Positions 10,150-20,589 of a DNA stretch of 64,000 nt are shown piece by piece. Each line of letters starts with the position of its first letter. Positions within the stretch are counted from its first letter, which is position 1. Both the position numbers and the translations under genes were made by a program. This DNA comes from Arenicellales bacterium (GTDB lineage Bacteria; Pseudomonadota; Gammaproteobacteria; Arenicellales; Poriferihabitantaceae), in NCBI GenBank assembly GCA_965116595.1, contig OZ220708.1, positions 1,590,875-1,654,874 of the forward strand, in the 5' to 3' direction. The notes below the pieces were generated by a model. The model ran no database searches. It worked only from the letters and a program-made list of their open reading frames with translations, and had not been told where the DNA came from.

Positions 10150-11403
10150 TCAAGGCAGCAGGCGTTCCCCTGCGTATAGCATTGCCAACTCTTCTCTTGG
10201 TTTAATGATGTGGTATTGATCGCCGTCGACCATGACTTCCGCCGGGCGGGGACGTGAATTGTAATTTGAGCTCATCACCGAACAATAGGCTCCACAGGTT
10301 CTGACCGCGAGCAGGTCATTTTCCCTGACTTGCAGAGTATGGTCCTTGCCAAGAAAATCACTGCTTTCACAGACCGGACCCACTACATCATAAACTTCAG
10401 ATTGCGTCTCGGGATTCTGCTCAACTTCAATGATTTTTTGGGAGGCTTGATACAGGGAAGGTCGGATCAGGTCATTCATTCCCGCATCGACCACACAAAA
10501 ATTAGAGACCTCGCCCTTTTTCAGATAATGCACCCGGGTCAGCAGGATGCCGGCATTCGCCATGATCGCCCGCCCCGGTTCGATTGCAATCTGAATTTTA
10601 TCCTTGCGGTGGCGTAACTGATCGAACATCATTTGCCAGTACTGATCCGGGTCGGGTGGTTGCTCATCCAGGTAGCGCACTCCGAGACCGCCGCCAAAAT
10701 CAATCTGCGTCAGGGTGATGCCGTGGTCGGACAACTGGTCAACGAAATGCAATACCCGTTTCAAGGCATCGCGATACGGCGACAGTTCGAGGATTTGGGA
10801 GCCAATATGGCAGGCTACACCGTGAATCCTGAGATTCCGGTCTTTTGCCGCGGTTAGATAGATTGGCAGAGCCTTGTCAGGCGATAGCCCGAATTTGTTG
10901 TTGCGAAGACCGGTCGAAATATAGGGGTGGGTTTTTGGATCGACATCGGGATTAATCCGTACCGAGATCTCGGCAACCGTACCGAGTTCACAGGCAATAC
11001 TGCTGATGTGATCGACTTCACCCTGGGATTCGATATTGAAGCGGCTGACTCCGGATTTGAGCGCCAGACGGATTTCCCAATCCTGTTTGCATACACCGGA
11101 AAAAATGACCCTGGCCGGATCTCCTCCCGCCTTGATCACTTTCAACAATTCACCACCCGATACGATGTCAAAGCCCGAACCAAGGCGGGCCAGCAGGTCG
11201 AGAACTGCCAGATTATCGTTCGCTTTTACTGCGTAGCAAATCTGGTGGGGATAATTCCCGAATGCATCGTTGAAGGCATGCCAGTGTCTTTCCATGGTTG
11301 CGCGGGAATAGATATAGCACGGTGTGCCGATTTCTTCGGCAATCTTTGCCACAACCACATTCTCGGCGCACAATACGCCATTGCGATACTCAAAGTAATC
11401 CAT
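10150..11403 (-). CDS. lysA: Diaminopimelate decarboxylase
   Basis: YAVKAN PLP lysine, HIGSQ, EPGR, GPVCESSD. Confidence 0.97.
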   Translation of the reverse strand: MDYFEYRNGVLCAENVVVAKIAEEIGTPCYIYSRATMERHWHAFNDAFGNYPHQICYAVKANDNLAVLDLLARLGSGFDIVSGGELLKVIKAGGDPARVIFSGVCKQDWEIRLALKSGVSRFNIESQGEVDHISSIACELGTVAEISVRINPDVDPKTHPYISTGLRNNKFGLSPDKALPIYLTAAKDRNLRIHGVACHIGSQILELSPYRDALKRVLHFVDQLSDHGITLTQIDFGGGLGVRYLDEQPPDPDQYWQMMFDQLRHRKDKIQIAIEPGRAIMANAGILLTRVHYLKKGEVSNFCVVDAGMNDLIRPSLYQASQKIIEVEQNPETQSEVYDVVGPVCESSDFLGKDHTLQVRENDLLAVRTCGAYCSVMSSNYNSRPRPAEVMVDGDQYHIIKPREELAMLYAGERLLP

Positions 11404-11411
11404 ATTGCAGG

Positions 11412-11600
11412 TCAGGACAGATCAACTGACGTTGCGGCAGACCCTGCGGCAGACCCTTCAATCGATGACACTTCAACTGACTGGTAAACCTGTTCCTGCC
11501 CGGTTTCGTCCGGGGGCAGGTATAACGGGCCTTTCTGGCCACAGGCGGTCATCCACAAACAAATGAGCAGACTCGCAATCAGTGTTTTATTCATTATCAA
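11412..11600 (-). CDS. LppL/YifL(LptM)-family small lipoprotein
   Basis: Lipobox MTAC followed by GQKGPLYLP; usual position upstream of lysA. Confidence 0.85.
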   Translation of the reverse strand: MIMNKTLIASLLICLWMTACGQKGPLYLPPDETGQEQVYQSVEVSSIEGSAAGSAATSVDLS

Positions 11601-12990
11601 CCCCTCTTGTATCGAGTAATTCCCGCGCTTTTACAACCTGTTCGCTGACCCGATCAGGAGCGGTCCCACCAAAATGATTGCGCGCATTGACCGACCCCTC
11701 AAGGGTCAGTATCTGATAAACATCCTCCTCTATGAGATTACAGAATGACTTCAGTTTGTCGAGTTTTATGGCCGATAGCGGCTGGTCGGAAGCTACGGCA
11801 TGACTGACGATCTTTCCCACGATCTCATGCGCGTCGCGAAACGGTACGCTCCTGCTGACCAGGTAGTCGGCAAGATCAGTGGCCGTGGCATGTCCGCGTG
11901 ACGCCGCACGCCGCATCGCATCGCGATTTATTTTGATCTGCGGAACCATCGCGGTAAAAACCTGAAGGCACAATAGCAGGGTATCGACAGTATCAAATAA
12001 GGGTTCCTTGTCTTCCTGGTTATCGCGATTGTATGCAAGCGGTTGTCCTTTCATCAAAACCAGTAATGCCACCAGGTTTCCAATCACCCTGCCGTTCTTG
12101 CCCCGGGTCAACTCCGCGACATCGGGGTTTTTCTTTTGTGGCATGATGCTCGATCCGGTACAGAACTGATCACCTGGATCGACAAAGCCGAAGGCATCCG
12201 AAGACCATAACACCAGCTCTTCGGAAATACGGGACAGATGTACCATCAAAAGGGCGCCATGGCCCAGAAATTCAATGATGAAATCCCGGTCTGAAACCGC
12301 ATCAAGCGAGTTGCCCGCAACTTCGTCAAAGCCAAGTTCCCGGGCGGTCATTTCCCGGTCAATCGGAAATCCGGTTCCAGCCAGCGCTGCGCTGCCGAGC
12401 GGACAGACATTGATCCGGCGCCTGCACTCGCGCAATCGCTCAAAATCCCGCTGGAACATTTCGTTCCAGGCCAGAACGTGATGCCCAAAAGTAACGGGTT
12501 GAGCGGATTGCATGTGAGTATAGCCAGGCATGATTGTCCCGGCTTCCGTGTCTGCAAGTTCAACCAGCGTGTACTGGAGCCGGGTCAGATGGTAGCAGAT
12601 CCGGTCAACTTCCTGGCGCAGATACAGTCGCATGTCAGTCGCAATCTGATCATTTCTGCTGCGCCCGGTATGGAGTTTTTTACCTGCCTGGCCTATTCGT
12701 GCAGTCAGCGCCGATTCGATATTCATATGGACATCTTCGAGGCTTTCGCACCAGTTGAATTGTCCGTCCTCTATTTCGAGGCGAATCGCTTCGAGGCCAT
12801 TCCTTATTTCTTCATAATCCGAGCTGGAGATAATGTCCTGTTTGGCCAGCATTCGTGCATGTGCGATTGAGCCGGTTATATCCTGACGATACAGACGGTA
12901 GTCGAAGTTGACCGATTGTGAATATTTTTCCATCAACGAACTGGTGGGTTCATCAAACCGTCCGCCCCATAACTTTTTTTCCTTGCTCAT
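11587..12990 (-). CDS. argH: Argininosuccinate lyase
   Basis: [25 protein letters not shown] signature. Confidence 0.97.
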   Translation of the reverse strand: MSKEKKLWGGRFDEPTSSLMEKYSQSVNFDYRLYRQDITGSIAHARMLAKQDIISSSDYEEIRNGLEAIRLEIEDGQFNWCESLEDVHMNIESALTARIGQAGKKLHTGRSRNDQIATDMRLYLRQEVDRICYHLTRLQYTLVELADTEAGTIMPGYTHMQSAQPVTFGHHVLAWNEMFQRDFERLRECRRRINVCPLGSAALAGTGFPIDREMTARELGFDEVAGNSLDAVSDRDFIIEFLGHGALLMVHLSRISEELVLWSSDAFGFVDPGDQFCTGSSIMPQKKNPDVAELTRGKNGRVIGNLVALLVLMKGQPLAYNRDNQEDKEPLFDTVDTLLLCLQVFTAMVPQIKINRDAMRRAASRGHATATDLADYLVSRSVPFRDAHEIVGKIVSHAVASDQPLSAIKLDKLKSFCNLIEEDVYQILTLEGSVNARNHFGGTAPDRVSEQVVKARELLDTRGVDNE

Positions 12991-12995
12991 TTCGA

Positions 12996-13607
12996 TCAGC
13001 CGATGCGGGAAATTTTAAGCAGTTTTTTCAGGTCTTTCAGAAACAATCGCGGGTCCAGGTTCGCAGGGATGGCCATCATGGCATTACCCAGCGGATCAAT
13101 CAATATCGCATCGTTGGCGTCAAGGTTGTTCTTTCTGACGATTGCTCGAATCTGATCTTCCAATCCCTGGCCCGAATCGATCAGGAAACTTGCATCACCG
13201 TGCCCGGTCTGCAGCCGATCCAGCAGATCCCTGTTCTGCAGTATCAGGTATCTTTGAACCCGTCCTGAATCCTTGCCGACCGCAATACGTGTCTGTCGGG
13301 TGTTGTAGATTGATTTCTGGCAGACATCATCGCATGGCTGTTCCACCAGATGCACTACAGTCCAGAATCTTTTCAGCGATTCCTGATTAACCGGGTCCTG
13401 GCCATAACGCATGTTTTCGAATGCCCCGAGCGGCACAGCGGGCTGGATCAAATGCGCGTGATTCGATTTACCTGCCGGCGCCTGGCTGGCATCGAATCCG
13501 TAGTACCAGATGAAAGCAGCCAGCATTGGTCCCAGGAAAACCGAGATAACCAGCGCCAGTTTCAGTCTGGATACCAGTACGCCAGGTTTTCCTGAATTAC
13601 TTCCCAC
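12996..13607 (-). CDS. Cox-cluster membrane-anchored thioredoxin/SCO-like protein
   Basis: N-terminal TM helix, CDDVC (CxxxC), IDPLGN motif; usual neighbour of SURF1. Confidence 0.65.
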   Translation of the reverse strand: MGSNSGKPGVLVSRLKLALVISVFLGPMLAAFIWYYGFDASQAPAGKSNHAHLIQPAVPLGAFENMRYGQDPVNQESLKRFWTVVHLVEQPCDDVCQKSIYNTRQTRIAVGKDSGRVQRYLILQNRDLLDRLQTGHGDASFLIDSGQGLEDQIRAIVRKNNLDANDAILIDPLGNAMMAIPANLDPRLFLKDLKKLLKISRIG

Positions 13608-13625
13608 TGTGTTTAACCGGCATCG

Positions 13626-14333
13626 TCATGGTTGTTTTGCAGAGCTGTTTTTCAGCCAGATGATCCCGAAAACAATCAGTACCACGGCCAGCCCCCACCA
13701 CTGCACAGCATAGCCAAAATGACGGGTAGCGTCCATTACATAAGGTTTCCAGATTCTGATCAAAGATTGACTTTCATCGGGGTCGATGATCAGGATGGCG
13801 GGAGCAATGTTCATGCCGAGAGCTTTCGCAAGTTCAGTGCGTTCGAAATACTGTATACGCCTTGGCCAGGTCGATTGATCAGTGTAGGCTGGTCCCAGGG
13901 TGAATCCTGTACCGGGGAGCGTCAACTGGCCCTTGATTGTGACGTTGCCGGTATCATTCGCGCCAGCATCTGGCAGTGCTTGCACATCAGTACTCCAGCC
14001 AAGGTTGACCAGTATGACCATATCGTCCTCTTTCAGCATGAATGGTGCCCATAATTCATGTCCCACCGTCCCATTGTAAACGCGATTCTCCATCAGGAAT
14101 ACCTTCTCCTGTAACCATTTTCCGTTCAACTCAACCTGCTGGTGGTTCAGCGTCCGCCAGTTCTCCGTGGTCCTGTACAGTCTGACCGGACTGTCTCCCC
14201 CGGCTGTAAGTTGCCGGTCAATGGCCTGCTTTTCAAGTCCGCGAACAAGCTGCCAGCCGCCCAGTAGAATGAGTACACCCAACCCCGCAAAATACAAGGC
14301 ATGAATGATAACTTTTACTGGTTTTTTGTGCAT
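13626..14333 (-). CDS. SURF1-family cytochrome oxidase assembly protein
   Basis: LGGWQLVRG, VNLGW, HFGYAVQW. Confidence 0.9.
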   Translation of the reverse strand: MHKKPVKVIIHALYFAGLGVLILLGGWQLVRGLEKQAIDRQLTAGGDSPVRLYRTTENWRTLNHQQVELNGKWLQEKVFLMENRVYNGTVGHELWAPFMLKEDDMVILVNLGWSTDVQALPDAGANDTGNVTIKGQLTLPGTGFTLGPAYTDQSTWPRRIQYFERTELAKALGMNIAPAILIIDPDESQSLIRIWKPYVMDATRHFGYAVQWWGLAVVLIVFGIIWLKNSSAKQP

Positions 14334-14378
14334 TTTCGTGATGATATGCCAATCTGTTATTAATCATCGGTTCCGGAC

Positions 14379-14588
14379 ATGTTGTTCAAGATTTCACTGG
14401 TTGCCTTGTTACTTTTTGTCGTCGTAAGTCTGTTTACCGCGTTTTACTACCTGGTAAAAGACCCGTCCAGTTCCACCCGGGTCGTCAAATCCCTGTTCAT
14501 CCGGGTTGGGTTATCGCTGTTTATCATGGCGCTTCTGGCATTGGGTGTCAAAATGGGGTGGGTGACACCGCATGGTTTCGGACAATAG
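14379..14588 (+). CDS. DUF2909 twin-transmembrane small protein
   Basis: Two TM helices, L..RVGLS motif; antisense position between SURF1 and coxC typical of this cluster. Confidence 0.8.
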   Translation: MLFKISLVALLLFVVVSLFTAFYYLVKDPSSSTRVVKSLFIRVGLSLFIMALLALGVKMGWVTPHGFGQ

Positions 14589-14693
14589 CTGGTTTTGAGG
14601 AGTAAAGCATATTTCCTGTAATTCAAGACAACAGGAACCGGAAACAGCCTGGCTTATGGCGCTTTTTCGGTATAACCGGGTCGGGGATTTGAT

Positions 14694-15560
14694 CTACAGG
14701 ATGTAGACAAACAGGAACAGCCCCAGCCAGACTACATCCACAAAGTGCCAGTACCATGCGGCCGCCTCGAAAGCAAAATGACGTTCTGCGGTAAAATGGC
14801 CCTTGATTGCACGAAACAACATCACGGTGAGCATGATGGCGCCGAGAGTCACATGCATGCCGTGGAATCCGGTCAGCATGAAAAACGTTGAACCGTAGAT
14901 ACCACTGCTCAGTTTCATGCCTTCATGGTAGGCTTCCACATACTCCACACCCTGAAGATAGACGAACAGGAAGCCCAGAGTTACCGTCAGGAACAAGCCG
15001 ATGACGATTTGTGCACGATGCTGGGTCTTAATTGCGTGGTGCGCCCAGGTCACAGTCAAGCCGGAGGTCAACAGGATCACCGTATTAATGAATGGCAACG
15101 GCCACCAGCCCATGTGAAAATCACTGCCCCCAAGGTCGCCAGGACCATTGGTTGGCCAGATCTCGCTGTATTCGCTCCACAGATAAGTATGTGTAGAGAG
15201 ACCCGTACCCTCACCCAGCAGCCATGGAACGGACAATTCCCGTGCGTAGTACAATGCGCCGAAAAATGCCGCAAAAAACATCACTTCAGAAAAAATGAAC
15301 CAACTCATCCCCATGCGGAAAGAGACATCTTCCCAGGATTTGTAAGTCCCGGATTCACTTTCATGAATCACCGTACCAAACCATCCGAACAGCATTACAA
15401 TGAAAAGCGCGAAACCCGCTGCAGTGAATTTAAGGCCGTTCTCGCTGCCGTTCAGATAAGCCGCGAATCCGCATACCATCAACGTGAGCGCAATGGAACC
15501 GACGAACGGCCACTTTGCAGCATCCGGAACAAAGTAATGACCGCGCGCTGTGTCTGACAT
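14694..15560 (-). CDS. coxC: Cytochrome c oxidase subunit III
   Basis: FIFSEVMFF, TGFHGMHV, WYWHFVDVVW. Confidence 0.97.
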   Translation of the reverse strand: MSDTARGHYFVPDAAKWPFVGSIALTLMVCGFAAYLNGSENGLKFTAAGFALFIVMLFGWFGTVIHESESGTYKSWEDVSFRMGMSWFIFSEVMFFAAFFGALYYARELSVPWLLGEGTGLSTHTYLWSEYSEIWPTNGPGDLGGSDFHMGWWPLPFINTVILLTSGLTVTWAHHAIKTQHRAQIVIGLFLTVTLGFLFVYLQGVEYVEAYHEGMKLSSGIYGSTFFMLTGFHGMHVTLGAIMLTVMLFRAIKGHFTAERHFAFEAAAWYWHFVDVVWLGLFLFVYIL

Positions 15561-15581
15561 AGTTGTACCTCTGTGTAAAAT

Positions 15582-16136
15582 TTAGTTGATTTGACGGTTT
15601 ACATCAAAAAAAGTATAGGAAAGTGTCACCGTGCCGATATCTGCCGGTAGCGCCGGATCCACTATAAAAGTGAGTGGCATCAGCTTCTGCTGGTTTGCCT
15701 CGAACACCTGCTGGTTGAAACAGAAACATTCGATCTTGTTGAAGTGAGTGGCCGCCTTCGCTGGCGCAACGCTTGGTATTGCCTGGCCGACCATGGCATG
15801 GTCACGCTTGTTAATCGCGATGTATTGCGCGGTATATTGCCTGCCCGGGTTGACTGTCATATTTTTAACCTCAGCCTTGAATTCCCATGGCGCATTCCGG
15901 TTGATTGAACTCACGAACTCGACCTTGACCAGACGATTCGGGTCAACCTCAAGAGCATTCGCCTGGGCTTCGCTGGTACGGCCGGTTTTTCCATTCAGGC
16001 CTGTCCAGTCACAGAAAACATCATAAATAGGCACCATCAGATAACCGAAGCCAAACATGACAACCGGAATCAGAAACAAATGCCATGTATTGATCTTTTT
16101 CTTCATTTTCCTGTTTTGGTCTTCCCCGGATTTCAT
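15582..16136 (-). CDS. ctaG: Cytochrome c oxidase assembly protein CtaG/Cox11
   Basis: FCDWTGLNG, KIECFCF. Confidence 0.95.
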   Translation of the reverse strand: MKSGEDQNRKMKKKINTWHLFLIPVVMFGFGYLMVPIYDVFCDWTGLNGKTGRTSEAQANALEVDPNRLVKVEFVSSINRNAPWEFKAEVKNMTVNPGRQYTAQYIAINKRDHAMVGQAIPSVAPAKAATHFNKIECFCFNQQVFEANQQKLMPLTFIVDPALPADIGTVTLSYTFFDVNRQIN

Positions 16137-16150
16137 GTCTGCAAACGGCC

Positions 16151-16264
16151 TTACAGTCGGCCCGTGCCGGCAAGAAAAATAAATCCGAAGTAAATCAGGC
16201 AGACGACGGCAAATAATATGATCACCGTCATCCTGGCGTTTTTCGCTGCAGATCGAACCATCAT
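16151..16264 (-). CDS. 37-aa single-TM cytochrome oxidase small assembly protein (not in ORF track)
   Basis: Hand-translated MMVRSAAKNARMTVIILFAVVCLIYFGFIFLAGTGRL*, lying between coxA and ctaG. Confidence 0.65.
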   Translation of the reverse strand: MMVRSAAKNARMTVIILFAVVCLIYFGFIFLAGTGRL

Positions 16265-16280
16265 GCCCTGTTTCTGATAC

Positions 16281-17861
16281 CTATCTGACGATCGGTTGGG
16301 GGTCGAAGGTATGGTATGGTGGCGGCGAACTTACGCTCCACTCCAGTCCCCGCGCTCCCTCCCAGACCTGATCGGTGGCTTTTTCTCCACCGCGGATACA
16401 TTTGACCACCACCACCAGCAACAGAATTTGCGCAAAACCGAAGCCAAATGCGCCGATGGTTGCGATCTGATTGAAATCAGTAAATTGTACCGCATAGTCG
16501 GGAATACGCCGCGGCATACCCGCCAGGCCGACAAAGTGCATCGGAAAGAACAGGATATTGACAAAAATCGTGGATAACCAGAAATGGATTTTGCCGAGCT
16601 TTTCGTCGTACATGTTGCCGGTCCACTTCGGCAGCCAGTAGTAAACCCCGCCGATGATGCCGAAGATTGCGCCCGGGACCAGCACATAGTGGAAGTGGGC
16701 AACGACAAAATAGGTATCATGGTACTGGAAATCGATGGGTGTCATTGCAAGCATCAGGCCGGAGAACCCCCCGATCGTGAACAGGATGACAAAACTCAGC
16801 GCAAACAGCATCGGTGTTTCGAACGTCAGCGCACCTCTCCACATCGTCGATACCCAGTTAAACACTTTCACGCCGGTCGGGACCGCAATCAGCATGGTGG
16901 TGAACATGAAGAAAAGTGCACCGGTCAGTGGCATGCCCACTGTAAACATGTGGTGAGCCCATACGATGAAGGACAAAAATGCAATGGATGCGGTCGCATA
17001 AACCATGGAACTGTAACCGAACAGTCGCTTTCGGGAGAAGGTAGGAATTATTTCAGATACCAGGCCAAACGACGGCAGGATCAATATATAGACTTCCGGA
17101 TGTCCGAAGAACCAGAAGATATGTTGAAACATGACCGGATCACCCCCGCCAGCCGCATCGAAAAAGCTGGTGCCGAAGTATTTATCCGTGAGCAACATAG
17201 TGACGGCGCCCGCCAGTACCGGCATTACCGCGATCAGCAGATAGGCCGTAATAAACCAGGTCCAGACAAATAACGGCATTTTCATGAATGTCATGCCCGG
17301 CGCCCGCAGATTCATGATTGTGGCAATGATGTTGATGGCCCCCATGATTGAAGAGATACCCAGCAGATGGATGGAAAAAATCAGGTACGGCAAAGCATTA
17401 CCGGTTTGCAGAGACAGGGGCGGGTACAGAGTCCAGCCCGATGCCGGTCCGCCGCCCTCCATGAACAACGTGGAAAGCATCAAACCAAATCCAAAAGGCA
17501 GTATCCAGAAACTCCAGTTATTCATCCTGGGTAACGCCATATCCGGAGCGCCGATCATCATCGGCACCATCCAGTTGGCCAGTCCTACGAATGCCGGCAT
17601 CACCACACCAAAAATCATCACCAGCGCATGCAGTGTCGTCATCTGGTTGAAAAAATGCGGATCCACGACCTGCAATCCAGGCTGAAACAGTTCAGCCCGA
17701 ATCACCAGGGCCATGGCGCCACCGATAAAAAACATGATCAGCGAGAACCACAGATACAGGGTGCCGATATCCTTATGGTTGGTAGTGGTCACCCAGCGCA
17801 TCAACCCAGGCGCCGGACCATGGTGATCGTCATGATGGGTGGTCGTTGCGTATGCGTTCAT
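16281..17861 (-). CDS. coxA: Cytochrome c oxidase subunit I (A1 type)
   Basis: GHPEVY, WAHH, AHFHY metal ligands. Confidence 0.98.
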   Translation of the reverse strand: MNAYATTTHHDDHHGPAPGLMRWVTTTNHKDIGTLYLWFSLIMFFIGGAMALVIRAELFQPGLQVVDPHFFNQMTTLHALVMIFGVVMPAFVGLANWMVPMMIGAPDMALPRMNNWSFWILPFGFGLMLSTLFMEGGGPASGWTLYPPLSLQTGNALPYLIFSIHLLGISSIMGAINIIATIMNLRAPGMTFMKMPLFVWTWFITAYLLIAVMPVLAGAVTMLLTDKYFGTSFFDAAGGGDPVMFQHIFWFFGHPEVYILILPSFGLVSEIIPTFSRKRLFGYSSMVYATASIAFLSFIVWAHHMFTVGMPLTGALFFMFTTMLIAVPTGVKVFNWVSTMWRGALTFETPMLFALSFVILFTIGGFSGLMLAMTPIDFQYHDTYFVVAHFHYVLVPGAIFGIIGGVYYWLPKWTGNMYDEKLGKIHFWLSTIFVNILFFPMHFVGLAGMPRRIPDYAVQFTDFNQIATIGAFGFGFAQILLLVVVVKCIRGGEKATDQVWEGARGLEWSVSSPPPYHTFDPQPIVR

Positions 17862-17899
17862 CTATTAATTCCTCTGTATCTGTTCTCGTATTGTACGGG

Positions 17900-19054
17900 C
17901 TATTGCACGCGCAGGTCTTTAATTGTCAAAGGCTGTACTACATCGCCGGTATCGTTGCCCCACGCATTTCGCTCATAGGTGATGACCGCAGCCAGGTCGG
18001 CGTCATTGAGCTGGGTGGAAAAGGCCTGCATCGCGGTGCCGGACTTGCCATTCATAACGACATCGATATGGCCCTCAATGTCCTCAAGCATCATCGGGGT
18101 GCCGACCAGTGAAGGGAATGCCCCTTGAATGCCCTGACCATTTCCCTGGTGGCAGACAACGCAGTAGGTCCCGTAAACTCCTTCACCTCTCTCCATCAAC
18201 TCTTCCATCGCCCATTCTCGGTCCGCAGAATTTGCCGCCGCCTCGGCTGCAGCCAGCTCTGCCGTCACCCAGTCGTCATATTCGCTTTGCGATCTTGCAT
18301 CGACCACAATCGGCATGAAGCCGTGGTCCCGGCCACACAGCTCGGCGCACTGCCCCCGATAAATGCCTTCTTCTTCGATAATCATCCACATCTCGTTGAT
18401 GAATCCCGGTATCGCGTCCTTCTTGACCGCGAATGCAGGCAACCACCAGGCGTGCAGCACATCGCTGGCAGTCAGCAGAATTCGTACTTTCTTGCCGGTA
18501 GGCAATACCACATGCTTGTCGGTTTCCAGCAGGTAGTTTTCAACACTTGCCGGGTCAATGCCGGAGCCGAGCTGCGCCGCTTCACGGCTATCCGCATGAA
18601 GATTACTGATGAATCTGATGCCGGACTCAAGGTATTCGTATTCCCATTTCCACTGATGGCCCGTAATTTTCAGCGTGATTTCAGCATCCTCTGTCTGCTC
18701 CATCACGATCAGGGTTTTCGCTGCGGGAACCGCCATCACAATCAGGATAATGAAAGGGACCACTGTCCAGGCAATCTCCGCTGTCAAACTGTCATGGAAA
18801 TCAGCGGGTTTGACTCCTTTCGATTTGCGATGCTTGACGATACTGATGGTCATTGCGCCAAACACCACGACACCAATCCAGAAGCAAATCCACAGCACCA
18901 TCATGTGCATGTCGAATACCCTTCGACTGATTTCTGTGACTCCTTCGGTCAGATTGAGTTGCCAATCGGCTGAAGCGGTGGAACTGAGCGTCGACAGAAG
19001 TATTGCGGACAGAATCGCGGGTCTGAGAGCGGACATTCGTTCAAATATTTTCAT
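17900..19054 (-). CDS. coxB: Cytochrome c oxidase subunit II with C-terminal cytochrome c
   Basis: CuA site CAELCGRDHGFM plus CVVCH heme motif. Confidence 0.97.
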   Translation of the reverse strand: MKIFERMSALRPAILSAILLSTLSSTASADWQLNLTEGVTEISRRVFDMHMMVLWICFWIGVVVFGAMTISIVKHRKSKGVKPADFHDSLTAEIAWTVVPFIILIVMAVPAAKTLIVMEQTEDAEITLKITGHQWKWEYEYLESGIRFISNLHADSREAAQLGSGIDPASVENYLLETDKHVVLPTGKKVRILLTASDVLHAWWLPAFAVKKDAIPGFINEMWMIIEEEGIYRGQCAELCGRDHGFMPIVVDARSQSEYDDWVTAELAAAEAAANSADREWAMEELMERGEGVYGTYCVVCHQGNGQGIQGAFPSLVGTPMMLEDIEGHIDVVMNGKSGTAMQAFSTQLNDADLAAVITYERNAWGNDTGDVVQPLTIKDLRVQ

Positions 19055-19304
19055 TATGACTATGGGTCCTCACCGACAGTAAAGATAAACCGGATTGATA
19101 GATACGATCGTTGCCTTGTGCAGCATGGATTTTCCAGATGTTAATGTGTTTGATCAAATAGTTTAGAAACGTCCCTTTTCCGGAAGCGCTTCGGATGCGT
19201 CCGCGATTATATCAAATTATGGATGATTGCAAAGGTGGAATACAATGACAGGTAATCCAACGCCTGTATATTGAACATTGATTCCTGATCCAACTCACCA
19301 CCGT

Positions 19305-19346
19305 AGAGCCTGTCCCCGGCTTGATCGGGGGCCGGGGACAGGCTCT
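19305..19346. repeat. 16-bp inverted-repeat hairpin (REP-like)
   Basis: AGAGCCTGTCCCCGGC-N10-GCCGGGGACAGGCTCT. Confidence 0.8.
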
Positions 19347-19583
19347 GTGCATCGGTGATTACGGTATCCATATTATCGTGGATTCCCGCTTTCGCGGGAA
19401 TGACGGAATGAGGCCACGACCGCCATCGTAGGGGCGGGCCTCGCGCCCGCCCGCAAAACGTCATCAACCGAATACAGAAAATCCAACTGGATGAGAAGCA
19501 CTAGACCATAGGCCGCAAATCAGCAGCATTTCTTTTATCAGGAACAACTATCGGGCAACCGCGTTCACTCATCAAACAAGTCA
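19309..19583. repeat. Direct repeat copy 1 (~275 bp): REP cluster plus yafQ 3' end
   Basis: Matches 20311-20583; 19322-19500 reads identical to 20324-20502; contains GATTCCCGCTTTCGCGGGAATGAC (19381-19404) and GTAGGGGCGGG..CCCGCCC (19428-19452). Confidence 0.92.
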
Positions 19584-19837
19584 ATATGTCTGCCCGTTCG
19601 TTCAAAACGCACTTCCTTGTTGTCAACTTTGTAAATCAGCAACCAATCCGGTTCAATGTGGGCATCCCGGAAACTGCGCCACTGACCTTTAAGCGGATGG
19701 TCCTTGTATTTCGCGGGTAAAGGTTTTTCATCAATCAACAGGCTCATCAACTCCTTGATTTTTACCATGTCCCTGCCGCGCTTCCGGGCCGCTTTCAGGT
19801 CACGCTTGAACTGGCCGGAATAGACCGGGGTACGCAC
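19565..19837 (-). CDS. yafQ: YafQ-family toxin (RelE superfamily)
   Basis: KYKDHPLKG, RDAHIEPDWLLIY, RTGRHIDLF. Confidence 0.92.
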   Translation of the reverse strand: MRTPVYSGQFKRDLKAARKRGRDMVKIKELMSLLIDEKPLPAKYKDHPLKGQWRSFRDAHIEPDWLLIYKVDNKEVRFERTGRHIDLFDE

Positions 19838-20097
19838 TAAATACCCAGGTCTTCAAACAGGGTTTTGGCATCTTCAGCGCGGTGTATGTCCTCGCCACGC
19901 TCGCTCCTGGCGAGAGTTTCAGCGGTGAATTGGTTGGGCACTCGCATTTCAAATGGCAGCCCTTGTTCGCTTACCACCCTGGTCAGTCCAATACGCACGA
20001 AATCAGACACGGTAAGCCCCATGGTAGCCAATATTGCGGTGGCCTCCTCTTTCAGGCGCTCATCAACGCGAGCGCGTACGACCTCGGTTGCAGCCAT
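19837..20097 (-). CDS. dinJ: DinJ/RelB-family antitoxin
   Basis: VRARVDERLKEEA..MGLTVSD..LPFE..PN; AGGAG RBS before ATG at 20097. Confidence 0.92.
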   Translation of the reverse strand: MAATEVVRARVDERLKEEATAILATMGLTVSDFVRIGLTRVVSEQGLPFEMRVPNQFTAETLARSERGEDIHRAEDAKTLFEDLGI

Positions 20098-20130
20098 ATT
20101 ACTCTCCTGTTCGTTACTTGAGCCTGATAG

Positions 20131-20150
20131 TGTAGCCCAAACAGGCCACA
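20131..20150 (-). promoter_or_regulatory. Putative dinJ-yafQ operator
   Basis: Imperfect palindrome TGTAGCC-N6-GGCCACA next to a TACACT -10-like hexamer (minus strand). Confidence 0.5.
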
Positions 20151-20218
20151 TTAGACAGCACTCAGTCGAAGTAAATATCCATAACCCGAAACATCATCCC
20201 TGCATACCAACCATTATC

Positions 20219-20295
20219 GTAGGGGCGGGTCTTGTGCCCGCCCGCAACCATCATCAGCCGTATACAGAAATCAACACGGGCACCCACAAGGGGCG
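20219..20295. repeat. GTAG-type REP with truncated partner REP
   Basis: GTAGGGGCGGGTCTTGTGCCCGCCC...CGGGCACCCACAAGGGGCG; spacer resembles 19453-19483. Confidence 0.7.
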
Positions 20296-20310
20296 TCTCC
20301 CCGATCAATG

Positions 20311-20583
20311 CCTGCCCTCGGCCTGATCGGGGGCCGGGGACAGGCTCTGTGCATCGGTGATTACGGTATCCATATTATCGTGGATTCCCGCTTTCGCGGG
20401 AATGACGGAATGAGGCCACGACCGCCATCGTAGGGGCGGGCCTCGCGCCCGCCCGCAAAACGTCATCAACCGAATACAGAAAATCCAACTGGATGAGAAG
20501 CATTAGGCCGAAGACCGCAAATCAGCAGCATTCCCCTGTCAGGAACAACTATCGGAAACCGCATTCACTCATCAAACAAGTCA
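20311..20583. repeat. Direct repeat copy 2 (~275 bp)
   Basis: Second copy of 19309-19583, about 1 kb downstream. Confidence 0.92.
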
Positions 20584-20588
20584 GAATG
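20565..20588 (-). pseudogene. Relic 3' end of a second yafQ-like toxin gene (HSDLFDE*)
   Basis: Minus strand CATTCTGACTTGTTTGATGAGTGA versus intact gene ending HIDLFDE*. Confidence 0.7.
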
Positions 20589-20589
20589 T

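Noticed and set aside
19149-19160. FNR box upstream of coxB
   Set aside because: TTGATCAA has no 4-nt spacer (the consensus is TTGAT-N4-ATCAA)
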